Shown here one piece after another: positions 48,394-58,523 of a stretch of 64,000 nucleotides of DNA. Each line of letters begins with the position of its first letter. Within the stretch, counting starts at the first letter, position 1. A program made the translations under genes and the position numbers. Origin of the DNA: an uncultured virus (IMG/VR IMGVR_UViG_3300013110_000368) (Duplodnaviria > Heunggongvirae > Uroviricota > Caudoviricetes > Kyanoviridae). The notes beneath the pieces were generated by a model that was given only the letters and a program-made list of their open reading frames with translations, was not told where the DNA came from and searched no databases. The DNA lies in IMG/VR virus record IMGVR_UViG_3300013110_000368. The stretch is one strand, 5' to 3'.

Positions 48394-48861
48394 TTATCCT
48401 CCCATTGCTCCATTATAGAACCATTTCAAATCAAAAAGATCGAAAACTTTCTCCTTAGCACTCTCTGGTTTTTCCCATAAGTCTTTATCAAGGATTTTCC
48501 CGAATCCTTCGTTTCGATTGACATTGATAGCATATGCTGTAGGTAGGGGATTCTCTCTTGAACCCCCATCAAATGCATCTATAGGTTTGATGTCATTGAC
48601 CACTATTCTCTCTTGTGATCCAATGCCAAAAATTATTTGATCGTAATTGATACCAAACTCCTTTAACATCTTCTCAGTCACTTGTCGATGTTCTTCCAAC
48701 CTTGCCGTTGTGAGTATAATATAATCACCTCTCGTTTCAATCCCTTCAAGAAATTCCAGCACATAGGGAAGAAGTTCCTCTTTTGTGCCTTCATCAATTT
48801 CTTTGTTTTCAAGATGCTTGACCAATGTTCCGTCGATGTCAATGAACCAAGTTTTATTCAT
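48394..48861 (-). CDS. HAD-superfamily phosphatase
   Basis: WFIDIDGT, ILTTAR, GINYDQIIFG and RIVVND.KP. Confidence 0.8.
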   Translation of the reverse strand: MNKTWFIDIDGTLVKHLENKEIDEGTKEELLPYVLEFLEGIETRGDYIILTTARLEEHRQVTEKMLKEFGINYDQIIFGIGSQERIVVNDIKPIDAFDGGSRENPLPTAYAINVNRNEGFGKILDKDLWEKPESAKEKVFDLFDLKWFYNGAMGG

Positions 48862-49322
48862 TTAGGTTTCACCATCCGTTCCACTGGAATTAAGTCAGGA
48901 AATGCCTTATTAGATAATTTGGCCGTTAGACCCTTATAGTTCAGTTTCTTTTTGACCATAGTCAGTAGAATTTCTGCTTCTGTAATGTGTAGACCTTCTA
49001 ATAGTTGTATGAAAAGTTGCTCTCGACGTGTCTTGCTTAGATCTTTGCCTTGTGCAGTTGGATTTCCGTTGAAAGTAGCAAAACGTCCGATCTTCTTGGC
49101 CTCTTGAGTTAAACGCATATCAGCCAGATCATATGCTGGTGCATCATTGGGTTCAAACGGCGGTTTCGAGTCTGGCACTTGCCATTCTATACCTGAGTCA
49201 AATGCACCTCTCAGTACGATCTTTAAACCGTCACTCTCGTTTTCCTTTAGGATTTGTGCTTTCTTAGACACTGATGTCACTTCGTCAACTTCGGTAAATA
49301 TTTCGTGTAATGATTTTTGCAT
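48858..49322 (-). CDS. Conserved T4-like phage hypothetical protein
   Basis: EIF..V...K..IL, RREQLFIQLLEGLH..EA..L and AFPDLI. Confidence 0.7.
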   Translation of the reverse strand: MQKSLHEIFTEVDEVTSVSKKAQILKENESDGLKIVLRGAFDSGIEWQVPDSKPPFEPNDAPAYDLADMRLTQEAKKIGRFATFNGNPTAQGKDLSKTRREQLFIQLLEGLHITEAEILLTMVKKKLNYKGLTAKLSNKAFPDLIPVERMVKPK

Positions 49323-49326
49323 GATC

Positions 49327-50175
49327 TTAGAATTCTCCTATGTGTTCCATCAAATTTTTCAATCTGTTATCCATAAAGTAGGAAAGCAGTTTCGATCTGT
49401 CTGTTGGTTTGGTTTGTGTATACTGTTCCATAATCTCACATTTAAGTGATGATGGTACTTTGGTTAGATCGACCAATAGTTGGTTTCGTGCATAGTTTCG
49501 TAACATATTGGTAGTACAGAAAATCTCTGGATCTAGGTCGATCCATGATTCAACTTTCTTTTTGGAAAGGGGGGTTTGCCTAGAATCGGTGACAAAGGTG
49601 TCGTCTGCACTCAAAAAATTGGGTACTCCGTCACCTTTGTCTCCACGCATGATATGCTCTCTTAGAAACTGTTCTGGATTCTCGCATTTGAGATAACGTT
49701 TCTGTATAGGTGAATATTGCTCCACCCCTGCATATCGTTGCAATTGCATGAAATCCTTGTCACCCGATAAGACTAAAATGGCACTGGCATGATGTAGATG
49801 TTCGCAAAGTGTACCGATCACATCATCCGCTTCGGCAGTACAAACTTCTAGGACTTTATAGGGAAAGTGCAGTTTCAGTTCTGCCTTAATTTGATTTAAG
49901 CATTCAAAAATAGCATTCCAATCGTGTGTCGATGTCTCACGCAATTTCTTTCTATGTGCCTTATAATGGGGAAATTTGATCTTTCTCCAGTAGTTGCGAT
50001 TGTCGCAACATATCACCATCTCTCCACCGAAACGTTTTTTGAATTTGTTTCGATAGAGTCTGATGGAATTCAGCACCATATGTCTGATTAGATCTTCATT
50101 GATACCTTGTTTTTGTAGTGCTGGTTGGGCCATAAGTGACGAAATCAGCACTTGGTTGTAGTCCACTAAAATCAT
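49327..50175 (-). CDS. rnh: T4-type RNase H (5'-3' exonuclease)
   Basis: MILVDYNQ, IRHMVLNSIR, YWRK..FP.YKA.RK, EADDVI, LSGDKDF.QL and GDKGDGVPN. Confidence 0.95.
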   Translation of the reverse strand: MILVDYNQVLISSLMAQPALQKQGINEDLIRHMVLNSIRLYRNKFKKRFGGEMVICCDNRNYWRKIKFPHYKAHRKKLRETSTHDWNAIFECLNQIKAELKLHFPYKVLEVCTAEADDVIGTLCEHLHHASAILVLSGDKDFMQLQRYAGVEQYSPIQKRYLKCENPEQFLREHIMRGDKGDGVPNFLSADDTFVTDSRQTPLSKKKVESWIDLDPEIFCTTNMLRNYARNQLLVDLTKVPSSLKCEIMEQYTQTKPTDRSKLLSYFMDNRLKNLMEHIGEF

Positions 50176-50195
50176 AATAATTGTACATCCTTTTG

Positions 50196-50552
50196 TTATT
50201 CATCATCGGTAGTGGGCATAATGAAATCAGGAGAAAAACTGACATTAAGCATATCCTTGATTTTCTCTTGTTGTACCATTGAATCCTCTACCTGTTTTAA
50301 AGGATTGTTAGAACCAAGACCAACTTGCAATTCATGTCCGACACCGAGTTGTCCATAGAGAATTGCCCTTAGAAGTTCCACTACAATACGGAAATCTCTG
50401 GCAAAATCCTCATTGTGTATATCAAATTCCCAATCGGCAATCAATTCAATCATCAGTGGACACATCTCGGCCAGAAGTCTTTCGGCAACAACTTCTGGTT
50501 GCCTGAGATCGTCTGGTGTAGATGGGTGTTGTACAATTTTCTTCGTTGTCAT
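50196..50552 (-). CDS. Hypothetical protein
   Basis: ORF track. Confidence 0.55.
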   Translation of the reverse strand: MTTKKIVQHPSTPDDLRQPEVVAERLLAEMCPLMIELIADWEFDIHNEDFARDFRIVVELLRAILYGQLGVGHELQVGLGSNNPLKQVEDSMVQQEKIKDMLNVSFSPDFIMPTTDDE

Positions 50553-51295
50553 ATAGTCTGCAAATTCTTATCGAATGCATCCTGTGTAGAAACCTTTGTC
50601 TTTTTCTGTCTTGGTTTCTTACGTTCCTTCATGTATTTATCACAGTCGGAAATGATGCTATCCACGAATTTCTTGAATCGTTTCTGTTGTGGTCTGGTCA
50701 AGAAACTATAGGATTCACGATGTTCCTTGTACTGTAGACCAGTGGTCAGGACACATTGCAATTCCTTCTGTAAGACTTTGAACCATTTCTTGATCTCTGT
50801 ACACACATTTTGCTTGAAATCCTTACCCTTAACGTAATTGTAAGCAGAGAAATCAGATTTGACGTTGTTGTCTAATAACAGGTCAATCTCATGTTCCATT
50901 TCACCAATGGCATTAGAAGCAAGTTCCTGCGTGGTCAACTTACGAAATTTTGGTTCATCATCATCCGTAGATACGGCCGTTTTCTTAGGAGTTTTAGGTT
51001 TTTGGTGATTTCTAATAAACCTTTTTATCTCTTTATCGAATCTAACTCTGGTCTGTTCTGGTAGTTCATACCCCTCACAAACCAATAGTGCCATTGTCGC
51101 CACTGCACCATCAGTCGTGTATTCATTAACCCCTTTCATGTTTTTGGTTTCATCGGTGGACGCAAACACGTCAAGATAATCCTTGACGTGTCGTTTGTCT
51201 TTCTTCTCACTACCATAAATGGCATTGTGGTTGAATGCCCGAATTAAATCTAATTCGGACATTGGATTGTTGAACTTAGGGAATTTGATTTTCAA
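50549..51295 (-). CDS. Conserved T4-like phage hypothetical protein
   Basis: ORF track; ESYSFL...RKKPR C-terminus. Confidence 0.6.
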   Translation of the reverse strand: MKIKFPKFNNPMSELDLIRAFNHNAIYGSEKKDKRHVKDYLDVFASTDETKNMKGVNEYTTDGAVATMALLVCEGYELPEQTRVRFDKEIKRFIRNHQKPKTPKKTAVSTDDDEPKFRKLTTQELASNAIGEMEHEIDLLLDNNVKSDFSAYNYVKGKDFKQNVCTEIKKWFKVLQKELQCVLTTGLQYKEHRESYSFLTRPQQKRFKKFVDSIISDCDKYMKERKKPRQKKTKVSTQDAFDKNLQTI

Positions 51296-51310
51296 AGGTA
51301 TCTCCTATGG

Positions 51311-53257
51311 TTATACAGTGAAAAAGTCGTCTAATGACTCAGTTAGTTTCCTATGCTTCTTCAAATCCTCAACACTGTGAAAAACATCACCAATTTTAAC
51401 TTGATTCCCAACTTCGGTCAAGATGTCATGATCTTTATATTCAATGACAACATATCGTCCTGATGTCTTGAAAGTCTTTTTATCAATGGAATGGTTGCCG
51501 ATAGGATCTTTTCCACCCTGACGATTATACAATTCCTGTCGATACTTCGGACAATCACGTCGATCAGTTCTAACAACTTGGTCACTCAATAGATCTTTTA
51601 TGTTTGCACCTAGAAATTTTTCACCAATAATTGCACAAAGTCTATCAACTTTCTGCTGACTATTCAATTGACCACCCAAGTGCGCCAATCCATCCATATC
51701 AGTTACATATTTCCCATGCTTACCATATTTCAGTTGTGATTTAGTCTGCAACATGCACAAAATATCACCGACCTCTGGTGGCATCATCACCCCATTTTCA
51801 TCATACCGATGGGATTGCTTGTATCCAGACTTAATTCGTGCTTTATCCACAAACAGGTATCTGGTTTCTTTATGTTCATCATCGTACCAGAGTGAAAATC
51901 GACGAACAAATTCAAAATCATCCCCAACTACATAATCCTGTTCATTTTCTTCAAATGTTGTATACTCAGGATGATTTGAATTCGTCAACATGGTGTGGGC
52001 AATAACACAACAGAAGTGTTTTGCAATACTCCATTTTTGTTGATCTCCATTAGTACCATTGTGAACAGATACCTTACCAATTGCTCCCAACAAAGCACCA
52101 AGTTCCTTCTGTTGTGCCTTCCCCAAAGTCGCGTCCAACGTTGGCAATATAGGTTTTACATACTTCCAATTTTGGGAATTCATTCTAGTTCTAAATTGGT
52201 GTGGATCACCATTTCCATCATTTGCCTTTATCGTACCCAACAATAGTGGAGTACCATACTTATACAACACCACTGCATACAAATATGCACCAAGACCATT
52301 AGAAGATCTTGCCCAGAATGAACCATCATCCTTATTATCATAGAAAGAATCTGCAAAGGAGGAAAATTTGTGTACACTAGGATCAGTTTCTGTCTTTGTG
52401 TAATCAAAATCCTCGACAATATTTGCCAATGGGTTCTTTGCCAAATTCATATCCCGACAATGCACAGGAACTGGATCACCACAATTTAATGCGTTGAATA
52501 GTTCATTCATTTGGTCAAGACTCAATCCATTCCATTCCAGAGCAACGATCTTTCGAGCCAAAATTGCATCCTTAACTCGATCAGGCAACACTGACATGGA
52601 CATCTTGTTAAGTGGAAATTGGAACGTTTTTCCACTTTCATCGACATAAGAAATTTTCACATCATCCTTATCAAAAATCAAAGAATTTGTTGATGTGTAG
52701 GTTAAATCTTCTGTCAACACATCCGACCTACTTTGACCATCAAGAATCAACCGTTCATGTCCATTCTTGATACGACCTTCAAGAATATTAATTCGTTTCT
52801 GGAAAAAATCGGTCATTTCCAACGATTCATCTACATCACGCAAACCCTTTAGAAGTTCCAACAATGGTTCAATTCGTGAAGTGTGAATAACTACACTCTT
52901 ATTGAAACCACAATCAAAAAATGACGTTAAGAACCCTGCACGATCTTCACCAAGTATTGGGTGCTTATGCCGTTGCGAAATTAAAGGGGATGATGTGGAT
53001 TGGGTTAAATAACCATCTTCGGGGTCTAATGCTTCCGATAAAGTTAATTCCTTAACCTCACACATATCATAAAGAGCATCAGGGATTACCGAATCCAACC
53101 ACGCCTCAACATCACTGGCATACTTTTTGTGCGGTGAAATGTACGCACTAACATTTTTCTTCAATTCTTTCTCCAACTTTTTCTTCATACCATCACCTTT
53201 TTTCCTGTTCTTATCCTTATCTGCTACAACAATCTCAAACCCATCTGGCATATTCAT
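51311..53257 (-). CDS. ParB-like/DUF262 (DGQxR) domain protein
   Basis: LILDGQSR and ELFNALNCG motifs. Confidence 0.55.
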   Translation of the reverse strand: MNMPDGFEIVVADKDKNRKKGDGMKKKLEKELKKNVSAYISPHKKYASDVEAWLDSVIPDALYDMCEVKELTLSEALDPEDGYLTQSTSSPLISQRHKHPILGEDRAGFLTSFFDCGFNKSVVIHTSRIEPLLELLKGLRDVDESLEMTDFFQKRINILEGRIKNGHERLILDGQSRSDVLTEDLTYTSTNSLIFDKDDVKISYVDESGKTFQFPLNKMSMSVLPDRVKDAILARKIVALEWNGLSLDQMNELFNALNCGDPVPVHCRDMNLAKNPLANIVEDFDYTKTETDPSVHKFSSFADSFYDNKDDGSFWARSSNGLGAYLYAVVLYKYGTPLLLGTIKANDGNGDPHQFRTRMNSQNWKYVKPILPTLDATLGKAQQKELGALLGAIGKVSVHNGTNGDQQKWSIAKHFCCVIAHTMLTNSNHPEYTTFEENEQDYVVGDDFEFVRRFSLWYDDEHKETRYLFVDKARIKSGYKQSHRYDENGVMMPPEVGDILCMLQTKSQLKYGKHGKYVTDMDGLAHLGGQLNSQQKVDRLCAIIGEKFLGANIKDLLSDQVVRTDRRDCPKYRQELYNRQGGKDPIGNHSIDKKTFKTSGRYVVIEYKDHDILTEVGNQVKIGDVFHSVEDLKKHRKLTESLDDFFTV

Positions 53258-53259
53258 AC

Positions 53260-53598
53260 TTATTCCGAATCTCCAAATTTAATATTTCCGACATTATCGG
53301 TATCATCCAACACTGGACGTTCTAATCGTTCAATTTCTTCGGCAACAATCTTATCCATTTTTGCTCTGAGTTTCTTGTCACCACCAATACCCCAAGTTTT
53401 TCCATACTGGTAGGGGTCTAATTTTTCCAGTACTTCATTCAACTGTTCTGGATAGTCGATTTTGGCATATGCCACTTTCTCTAGTGCCTTTGTGATTCGT
53501 TTCCGTTCAAAGTGAATCCGATTGGCAATCGACTTCTTGACTCTCTGGTTGCGTTTCCGTTTTGCTCTCTTGTTCTGAATCTTCCGACTTAACGGCAT
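53260..53598 (-). CDS. Basic hypothetical protein
   Basis: ORF track. Confidence 0.5.
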   Translation of the reverse strand: MPLSRKIQNKRAKRKRNQRVKKSIANRIHFERKRITKALEKVAYAKIDYPEQLNEVLEKLDPYQYGKTWGIGGDKKLRAKMDKIVAEEIERLERPVLDDTDNVGNIKFGDSE

Positions 53599-53726
53599 TC
53601 TTTATATCCTTATTCTTAAATTTTTCTAAAACCCATTCTTTATACAAATCACGGGCCACATACTGATTATCACATGGAGTATTGTGTAAAATACCCCAAA
53701 CGGTTGGTCTGGATTGATTATTATGA

Positions 53727-54458
53727 CTATCCAGATACTGGTTGACTGTCTGCTTTAGGTTGTCCATAGTTCTCTATTATTGTGACTCGATTGATTCTCG
53801 TTGTCTTATTGTCATGTTCGTATACGGATCTCTTATGCTCTACCACAGTGGCATTGACCAAGACACAATCACCTATCTCAATCGAAACAGCAAACTCATG
53901 TCGTGAAAAGAAATGCACCAAATTCAGTTCTCTGGTGATGCATTTGTAGAGGTATCCACCAGTGCTTGGTGTTCTACGTTCAATCACCTTCAGAAAGAAC
54001 TTCTCACGTTTCTTCAACTCCCCCACATATTCAGATTCGGCATAGATTGCCTTGATTTCTTCTTTCTGTTTCTCTCGATCATACACACCAATGGCACTAA
54101 TGGCAATCGGTATCTCTCGATCTGTAACAGTGCTATTCTTAAATACACTTTTTAGGTTGGTGACATAATCAGACTCACTATTGCTACCGAATCCTTGCCA
54201 CTTCCAGTTCTCTACAAACTCAGAAATTTTATGTGCTAGATCTTTGTTTGCTGGTTTCTGAATTGCACTATTGGCAAAGGTTTGGTCATCTGCTAATAAA
54301 ATATCTGTAACTGTTTCAGAAGTAGCAACAGTAGAAATTTCCGTTGCATCTTTCTTCGATACGAAATTGCCCGTGTCCTGTACCACTTGCACACCAATTG
54401 CCAATACATGTTGAAGGTAGTGCGTACCTTTTAAACAAGTTCTCTTTGCCATTCTCAA
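53727..54458 (-). CDS. Hypothetical protein with an OB-fold-like C-terminus
   Basis: SEYVGELKKR...ATVVEH...TTRINRV. Confidence 0.55.
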   Translation of the reverse strand: MRMAKRTCLKGTHYLQHVLAIGVQVVQDTGNFVSKKDATEISTVATSETVTDILLADDQTFANSAIQKPANKDLAHKISEFVENWKWQGFGSNSESDYVTNLKSVFKNSTVTDREIPIAISAIGVYDREKQKEEIKAIYAESEYVGELKKREKFFLKVIERRTPSTGGYLYKCITRELNLVHFFSRHEFAVSIEIGDCVLVNATVVEHKRSVYEHDNKTTRINRVTIIENYGQPKADSQPVSG

Positions 54459-54464
54459 TCTCTC

Positions 54465-54716
54465 CTATACAGACGCAGTACCGAATTCAGACTCAATTGC
54501 ATCCAATTCAGAATCAGTTGGTTCAATATCATCTACATCTGCAATATGAAGTTCTTGTTCTTCACCTTCCAATTCGTGTGTAATCTCAACATCATCATCA
54601 ATGATGCTATCCAACACTTTTTCAACACCATTTTCATCGGCAAAGAATTTAGCAATTATATCATCGACATAATCATCATCAAAACCAAAACCATCATCAT
54701 CAAAACCAAAACTCAT
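54465..54716 (-). CDS. Highly acidic small early protein
   Basis: Asp/Glu-rich with FGFDDD twice; first gene after a promoter cassette. Confidence 0.55.
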   Translation of the reverse strand: MSFGFDDDGFGFDDDYVDDIIAKFFADENGVEKVLDSIIDDDVEITHELEGEEQELHIADVDDIEPTDSELDAIESEFGTASV

Positions 54717-54751
54717 ATCTTCTATCCTTTTCCCATTGTTTAATATACTAT

Positions 54752-54780
54752 ATTATACCATATTTTTCTGCGTTTGTCAA
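54752..54780 (-). promoter_or_regulatory. Early sigma70 promoter cassette
   Basis: TTGACA-17-TATAAT. Confidence 0.85.
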
Positions 54781-54823
54781 GCTAAAAATGCAGAAAGTGC
54801 GATTTTTTTTCTAACGGCCACAA

Positions 54824-56992
54824 CTAGGCAATCAGTTTGATAAAACGTGACAAAATAACTTTGTTCACAGTTTTGGACTTGGAATGCTTTTTGAAAGCAG
54901 TAGTCAATACTCGTTTGCTTGCATCATCAGCAACTTCTAAATCACTTTCGGTATCCAATGCCTTGCCACCTTTTATCAGGTAGAATTCATTGTACCCATC
55001 ATGATTTTCGACTACCAGAGAACCATCACGATTGAAATCTTTTGACAGTCGTTTGAGTTCTGCATGGTCATAACCCCAACGACCACCAAGGCAATTATCA
55101 ACAATGGCATTTTTTCCATTACCACCAGCAGTGACAAAAAACCCGATCACGTTGATACCAAGTCTGTCATGAAGTGAACGCAAGAGAATATTGGTCACGT
55201 CTGAACGTTTCTCGATATTGTAGTTGATTTTGGTCTTGGTATCAGTGATATAACTGCTTTCGGTCGAACCATAATAACCACCTGCTCTGAAACTTTTGAT
55301 TCCAGATGGTTGTGAACGGTCAACTACATAATCCAGACCATTGGAAGCACCATCAGTCAAGAAAATTGCATTGACAACTTCTAAGTTATTGCTTGCTTTG
55401 AATTTTGGAATGATGTCATGTGCCAACAGAATCGAATCGTTCAACGGAGTAGAACTCAATGTCAGATTATCTGGCAATGACCAGTACCCACCGTTGTCTG
55501 CTTGATAGGCAACTGTGTAATAATCTTTGCAAGCATTATTAAAGGCATTGGTCTTAATGCGACTAGACAGGAAATTCAACAGATGAACCTTGCTAACTGT
55601 GATGTCACCATCATCGTATTTACAAGCACCGACATAATCTCGATCATCATTGGAAAGATTGACATTGTCAGTGAATGCATAAACTTCAAAAGGAATATTG
55701 ACCTTTTTGCAGAACCAAACCAAATTCAAGACTTGTTTGGCAATTGACAATGTGCTACCAATGATCGAACTCGACCAATCGACAAAAAGCACCAAACCGT
55801 GATTTTTGCCATCTGGAACTATGGTCACTCGTTTGAACAGATCATCATTGAATTTGTAAGTGTGCAACTTATCAACATTAAGAACACCAGTTTTGGCAAC
55901 CGATGCTCTTGCGTGTTGCTGTGCATTTTTCTTTAATTCAAATTCCTTTGCTAGGTAGTTGACAGTTCGTTTGCTATCAGTCTTGAATTTATCATAGGAC
56001 TCAACCAATCTCTCATGTTGCAAATAATCTCGACAACCATCTAACCAATAACTTATCAGTGAACGTTCAATGATAAAAGGTTCAGCATTAACCGATGGAA
56101 TCGTACCATAAAATGGTTCAGACGCATTTTCATCAATTAAATGCTCAACAGCCGAATCATCAAATGCTTTTTGTGTTTCAGACTCACTTGGTTGGTTCGG
56201 ATGCCCTTTACCAAATGTGTCTGTTTCACCATCAGAATCATCGGAACCAGAATCATCATCCGATTCTACATCAGAGGAATCTGTTTCATCGGTTTCTGGA
56301 CTTTCTTCTTGACCAGAACCATCAGATGTGATGTCATCATCACCGTATTCACCATCTTCAGAGTCCTCTCCAAGACCTTGATCGGAAATGGCATCTTTAT
56401 CGACATCATCAGAATAGTTGTCATAAATCCGTTTTGCTAGATCGACCACTTCTTCCCAAGTTTCAGAACCAGCAACTTCATTAACAATGGATTTTTCTTC
56501 ATCGGTAAAAGGAACGTCAAATGCTCCATTGCCTTTGAAGAACAAATTGATTCGATCAATAAATGTGTAGTCACCAATTGAACGTTCTGACGTACCGAAA
56601 AAATCACGTTCTACCAATTCAGCATAACCTTTGTAGAAGTTTTTACGCAGACCACTGAATTTACGTTTGATTTTCTTTTCAATCCGTACATCTTCAATTA
56701 CATTAAGGAATGATTTGACAGCATGTACGTTATTGGGGTCGATAGATTCACATAGTGCTGGAAGGTCAATGCTAGGTGTGAAAAGTGCGTGACCAACTTC
56801 ATGACCAACTAACAGGTCATAAACGTCTGCACTAGCATTATCCCAATTAGGTAGACCCAATGTACGAGTCTTAACATTGAAATATGCAGTAGGAATATTT
56901 TCATGTCGAACTGAAATATTTTCGGTTGCCAACAACTTTGCCAAACCTGACTTTTGATTTTTGCTAACTGATGTATTCAAGTGAAACTCCAT
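54824..56992 (-). CDS. HExxH metallopeptidase-like plus VWA domain protein (CobT-like partner of the AAA ATPase)
   Basis: LAKLLATENI, GHEVGHAL, NVIEDVRIE, acidic linker, VDWSSS, STPLN and FLTDG. Confidence 0.85.
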   Translation of the reverse strand: MEFHLNTSVSKNQKSGLAKLLATENISVRHENIPTAYFNVKTRTLGLPNWDNASADVYDLLVGHEVGHALFTPSIDLPALCESIDPNNVHAVKSFLNVIEDVRIEKKIKRKFSGLRKNFYKGYAELVERDFFGTSERSIGDYTFIDRINLFFKGNGAFDVPFTDEEKSIVNEVAGSETWEEVVDLAKRIYDNYSDDVDKDAISDQGLGEDSEDGEYGDDDITSDGSGQEESPETDETDSSDVESDDDSGSDDSDGETDTFGKGHPNQPSESETQKAFDDSAVEHLIDENASEPFYGTIPSVNAEPFIIERSLISYWLDGCRDYLQHERLVESYDKFKTDSKRTVNYLAKEFELKKNAQQHARASVAKTGVLNVDKLHTYKFNDDLFKRVTIVPDGKNHGLVLFVDWSSSIIGSTLSIAKQVLNLVWFCKKVNIPFEVYAFTDNVNLSNDDRDYVGACKYDDGDITVSKVHLLNFLSSRIKTNAFNNACKDYYTVAYQADNGGYWSLPDNLTLSSTPLNDSILLAHDIIPKFKASNNLEVVNAIFLTDGASNGLDYVVDRSQPSGIKSFRAGGYYGSTESSYITDTKTKINYNIEKRSDVTNILLRSLHDRLGINVIGFFVTAGGNGKNAIVDNCLGGRWGYDHAELKRLSKDFNRDGSLVVENHDGYNEFYLIKGGKALDTESDLEVADDASKRVLTTAFKKHSKSKTVNKVILSRFIKLIA

Positions 56993-57044
56993 AATCTAAA
57001 ATGTTAATCAAACGGTCAAGAACCTCTCTCAACCTTACAACATA

Positions 57045-57074
57045 ATTATACCATATTTCGGTGGGCAATGTCAA
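57045..57074 (-). promoter_or_regulatory. Early sigma70 promoter cassette with a downstream stem-loop
   Basis: TTGACA-18-TATAAT, followed by GGTTGAGA...TCTTGACC. Confidence 0.85.
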
Positions 57075-57082
57075 GCTAAAAA

Positions 57083-57613
57083 TCATTTTTTTTCCAATTT
57101 TCTTTGCAAATAATAACCTTCGGCCTTGAGTCTCTGATAACGTGCCTTTCGGTATGCTATACTTTTGGCAGTTTTATTTCTTTCTCGTTCCTTTTCATTG
57201 TATGAATCGGCATTTTCTCGACGATAATCTCTTGCTTGTTGGTTACGTTTTTCTCTATCCTGTTCTTTATTTTCTGCATATTTCTTTCGTGCTAATGCAT
57301 TTCTTCTCTCTTTAACTTCTGGTCTACTGTTGTACTCCAATCGGTATGCTAGTTGTTTTTCAGATGGTTCATACTTATTTCTTCTCTCTTTCCTTTCTTC
57401 TTCTGAGAGTGTAGGATATACTCTAGGTCTGACACCTTCGGGTGCTAGACCATCAGCAACACGTTGCTTGTTATGGTCGTAATACTTCTTGCCATATGCT
57501 TTGCGTTTCGGATTATTCGCATGTGAATTCTTCTTCTGAAGTCGTTCCTTATTCTCTTGATACCACTTTGCTCGATACTCTTTTCTAGTCAAACCATCTT
57601 TGGTTAATGTCAT
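57083..57613 (-). CDS. Highly charged Arg/Lys/Tyr-rich hypothetical protein
   Basis: ORF track; repeated Y..N.E motifs. Confidence 0.55.
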   Translation of the reverse strand: MTLTKDGLTRKEYRAKWYQENKERLQKKNSHANNPKRKAYGKKYYDHNKQRVADGLAPEGVRPRVYPTLSEEERKERRNKYEPSEKQLAYRLEYNSRPEVKERRNALARKKYAENKEQDREKRNQQARDYRRENADSYNEKERERNKTAKSIAYRKARYQRLKAEGYYLQRKLEKK

Positions 57614-57623
57614 TGTCTTAAAT

Positions 57624-57722
57624 CTCCATAATCTAACTGTTCATCAATCGGTCAAGACCATTTCTCAACCTTCTACAATACTAATTATACCATATTGGGT
57701 ATGCCTATGTCAAGCTAAAAGT
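57624..57722 (-). repeat. 99-bp exact direct repeat, copy 1 (promoter, stem-loop and SD)
   Basis: Identical to 58524..58622; contains TTGACA-18-TATAAT at 57684-57713. Confidence 0.9.
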
Positions 57723-57892
57723 CACTTTTTTTTCAATATTCTACGAATATTTTTCACTATAGTCGTCAATCGAGTGATTCTATCATAGTTCTTATAATCA
57801 GCATGATCCTTCAGATGGCCGTATTCTGACAATTCGTTGAATCGTTTTCTTAGTGCATCTTTGTGATGTGCTTTCCACTCTTTGTTGTTCAT
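57722..57892 (-). CDS. Small basic hypothetical protein (HLKDHADYK motif)
   Basis: Manual translation: MNNKEWKAHHKDALRKRFNELSEYGHLKDHADYKNYDRITRLTTIVKNIRRILKKK*. Confidence 0.6.
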   Translation of the reverse strand: MNNKEWKAHHKDALRKRFNELSEYGHLKDHADYKNYDRITRLTTIVKNIRRILKKK

Positions 57893-58128
57893 CAATTGCT
57901 CTCCAATTTAAATCCGATAGTTTTCGGTGTGTACGTACCATACGTAACTAATTGTCTCAAAACCTTATCAGGTAGAACACTGAAAAGATCGAAATCGAGA
58001 TCCTTTGATAAGGATTTGAGTTCGTTTTTCTTCACCGACCAATAGACATTCGGTTGTATTTCTTTCTGAATGTTTGCCAATGCACGTTGCAACTTCTGTT
58101 CTTTCTTCTTCTGTGACTTCTTTGCCAT
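57892..58128 (-). CDS. Hypothetical protein
   Basis: ORF track. Confidence 0.5.
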   Translation of the reverse strand: MAKKSQKKKEQKLQRALANIQKEIQPNVYWSVKKNELKSLSKDLDFDLFSVLPDKVLRQLVTYGTYTPKTIGFKLESN

Positions 58129-58323
58129 TATATAATACCCTACTTAGTTTTTTCAATTATCAGACGTTTCAGACTTCCATCACGAACTGGTGTATATGCT
58201 AACATCAAACCAACCACTCCAAGAATCAAAGCAGCCATTGGTGATAACGTCGATAATTCCATACCACCGACTGAACCAAAAACCAAACCCATACCTGTCA
58301 AATACCTAATCATTGTATATCTC

Positions 58324-58518
58324 CTAATGATTTACGGCACGTAACCGAAATCTCAAATCGTCGTGAATGGTCAATGCTGTGAGATCGTCATCACAGAAAT
58401 CATCATAGGTTTCACCCCATGCATCTTCAGCAGTGTAAATGTTGTCATCTACACTAACGATCCAATAAACTTCCTCAGATACTGAGGATTTGACTAACTG
58501 ACCTTTTTTGTACTTCAT
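58324..58518 (-). CDS. Hypothetical early protein
   Basis: First ORF after a promoter cassette, with SD GGAG. Confidence 0.55.
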   Translation of the reverse strand: MKYKKGQLVKSSVSEEVYWIVSVDDNIYTAEDAWGETYDDFCDDDLTALTIHDDLRFRLRAVNH

Positions 58519-58523
58519 TGTAA

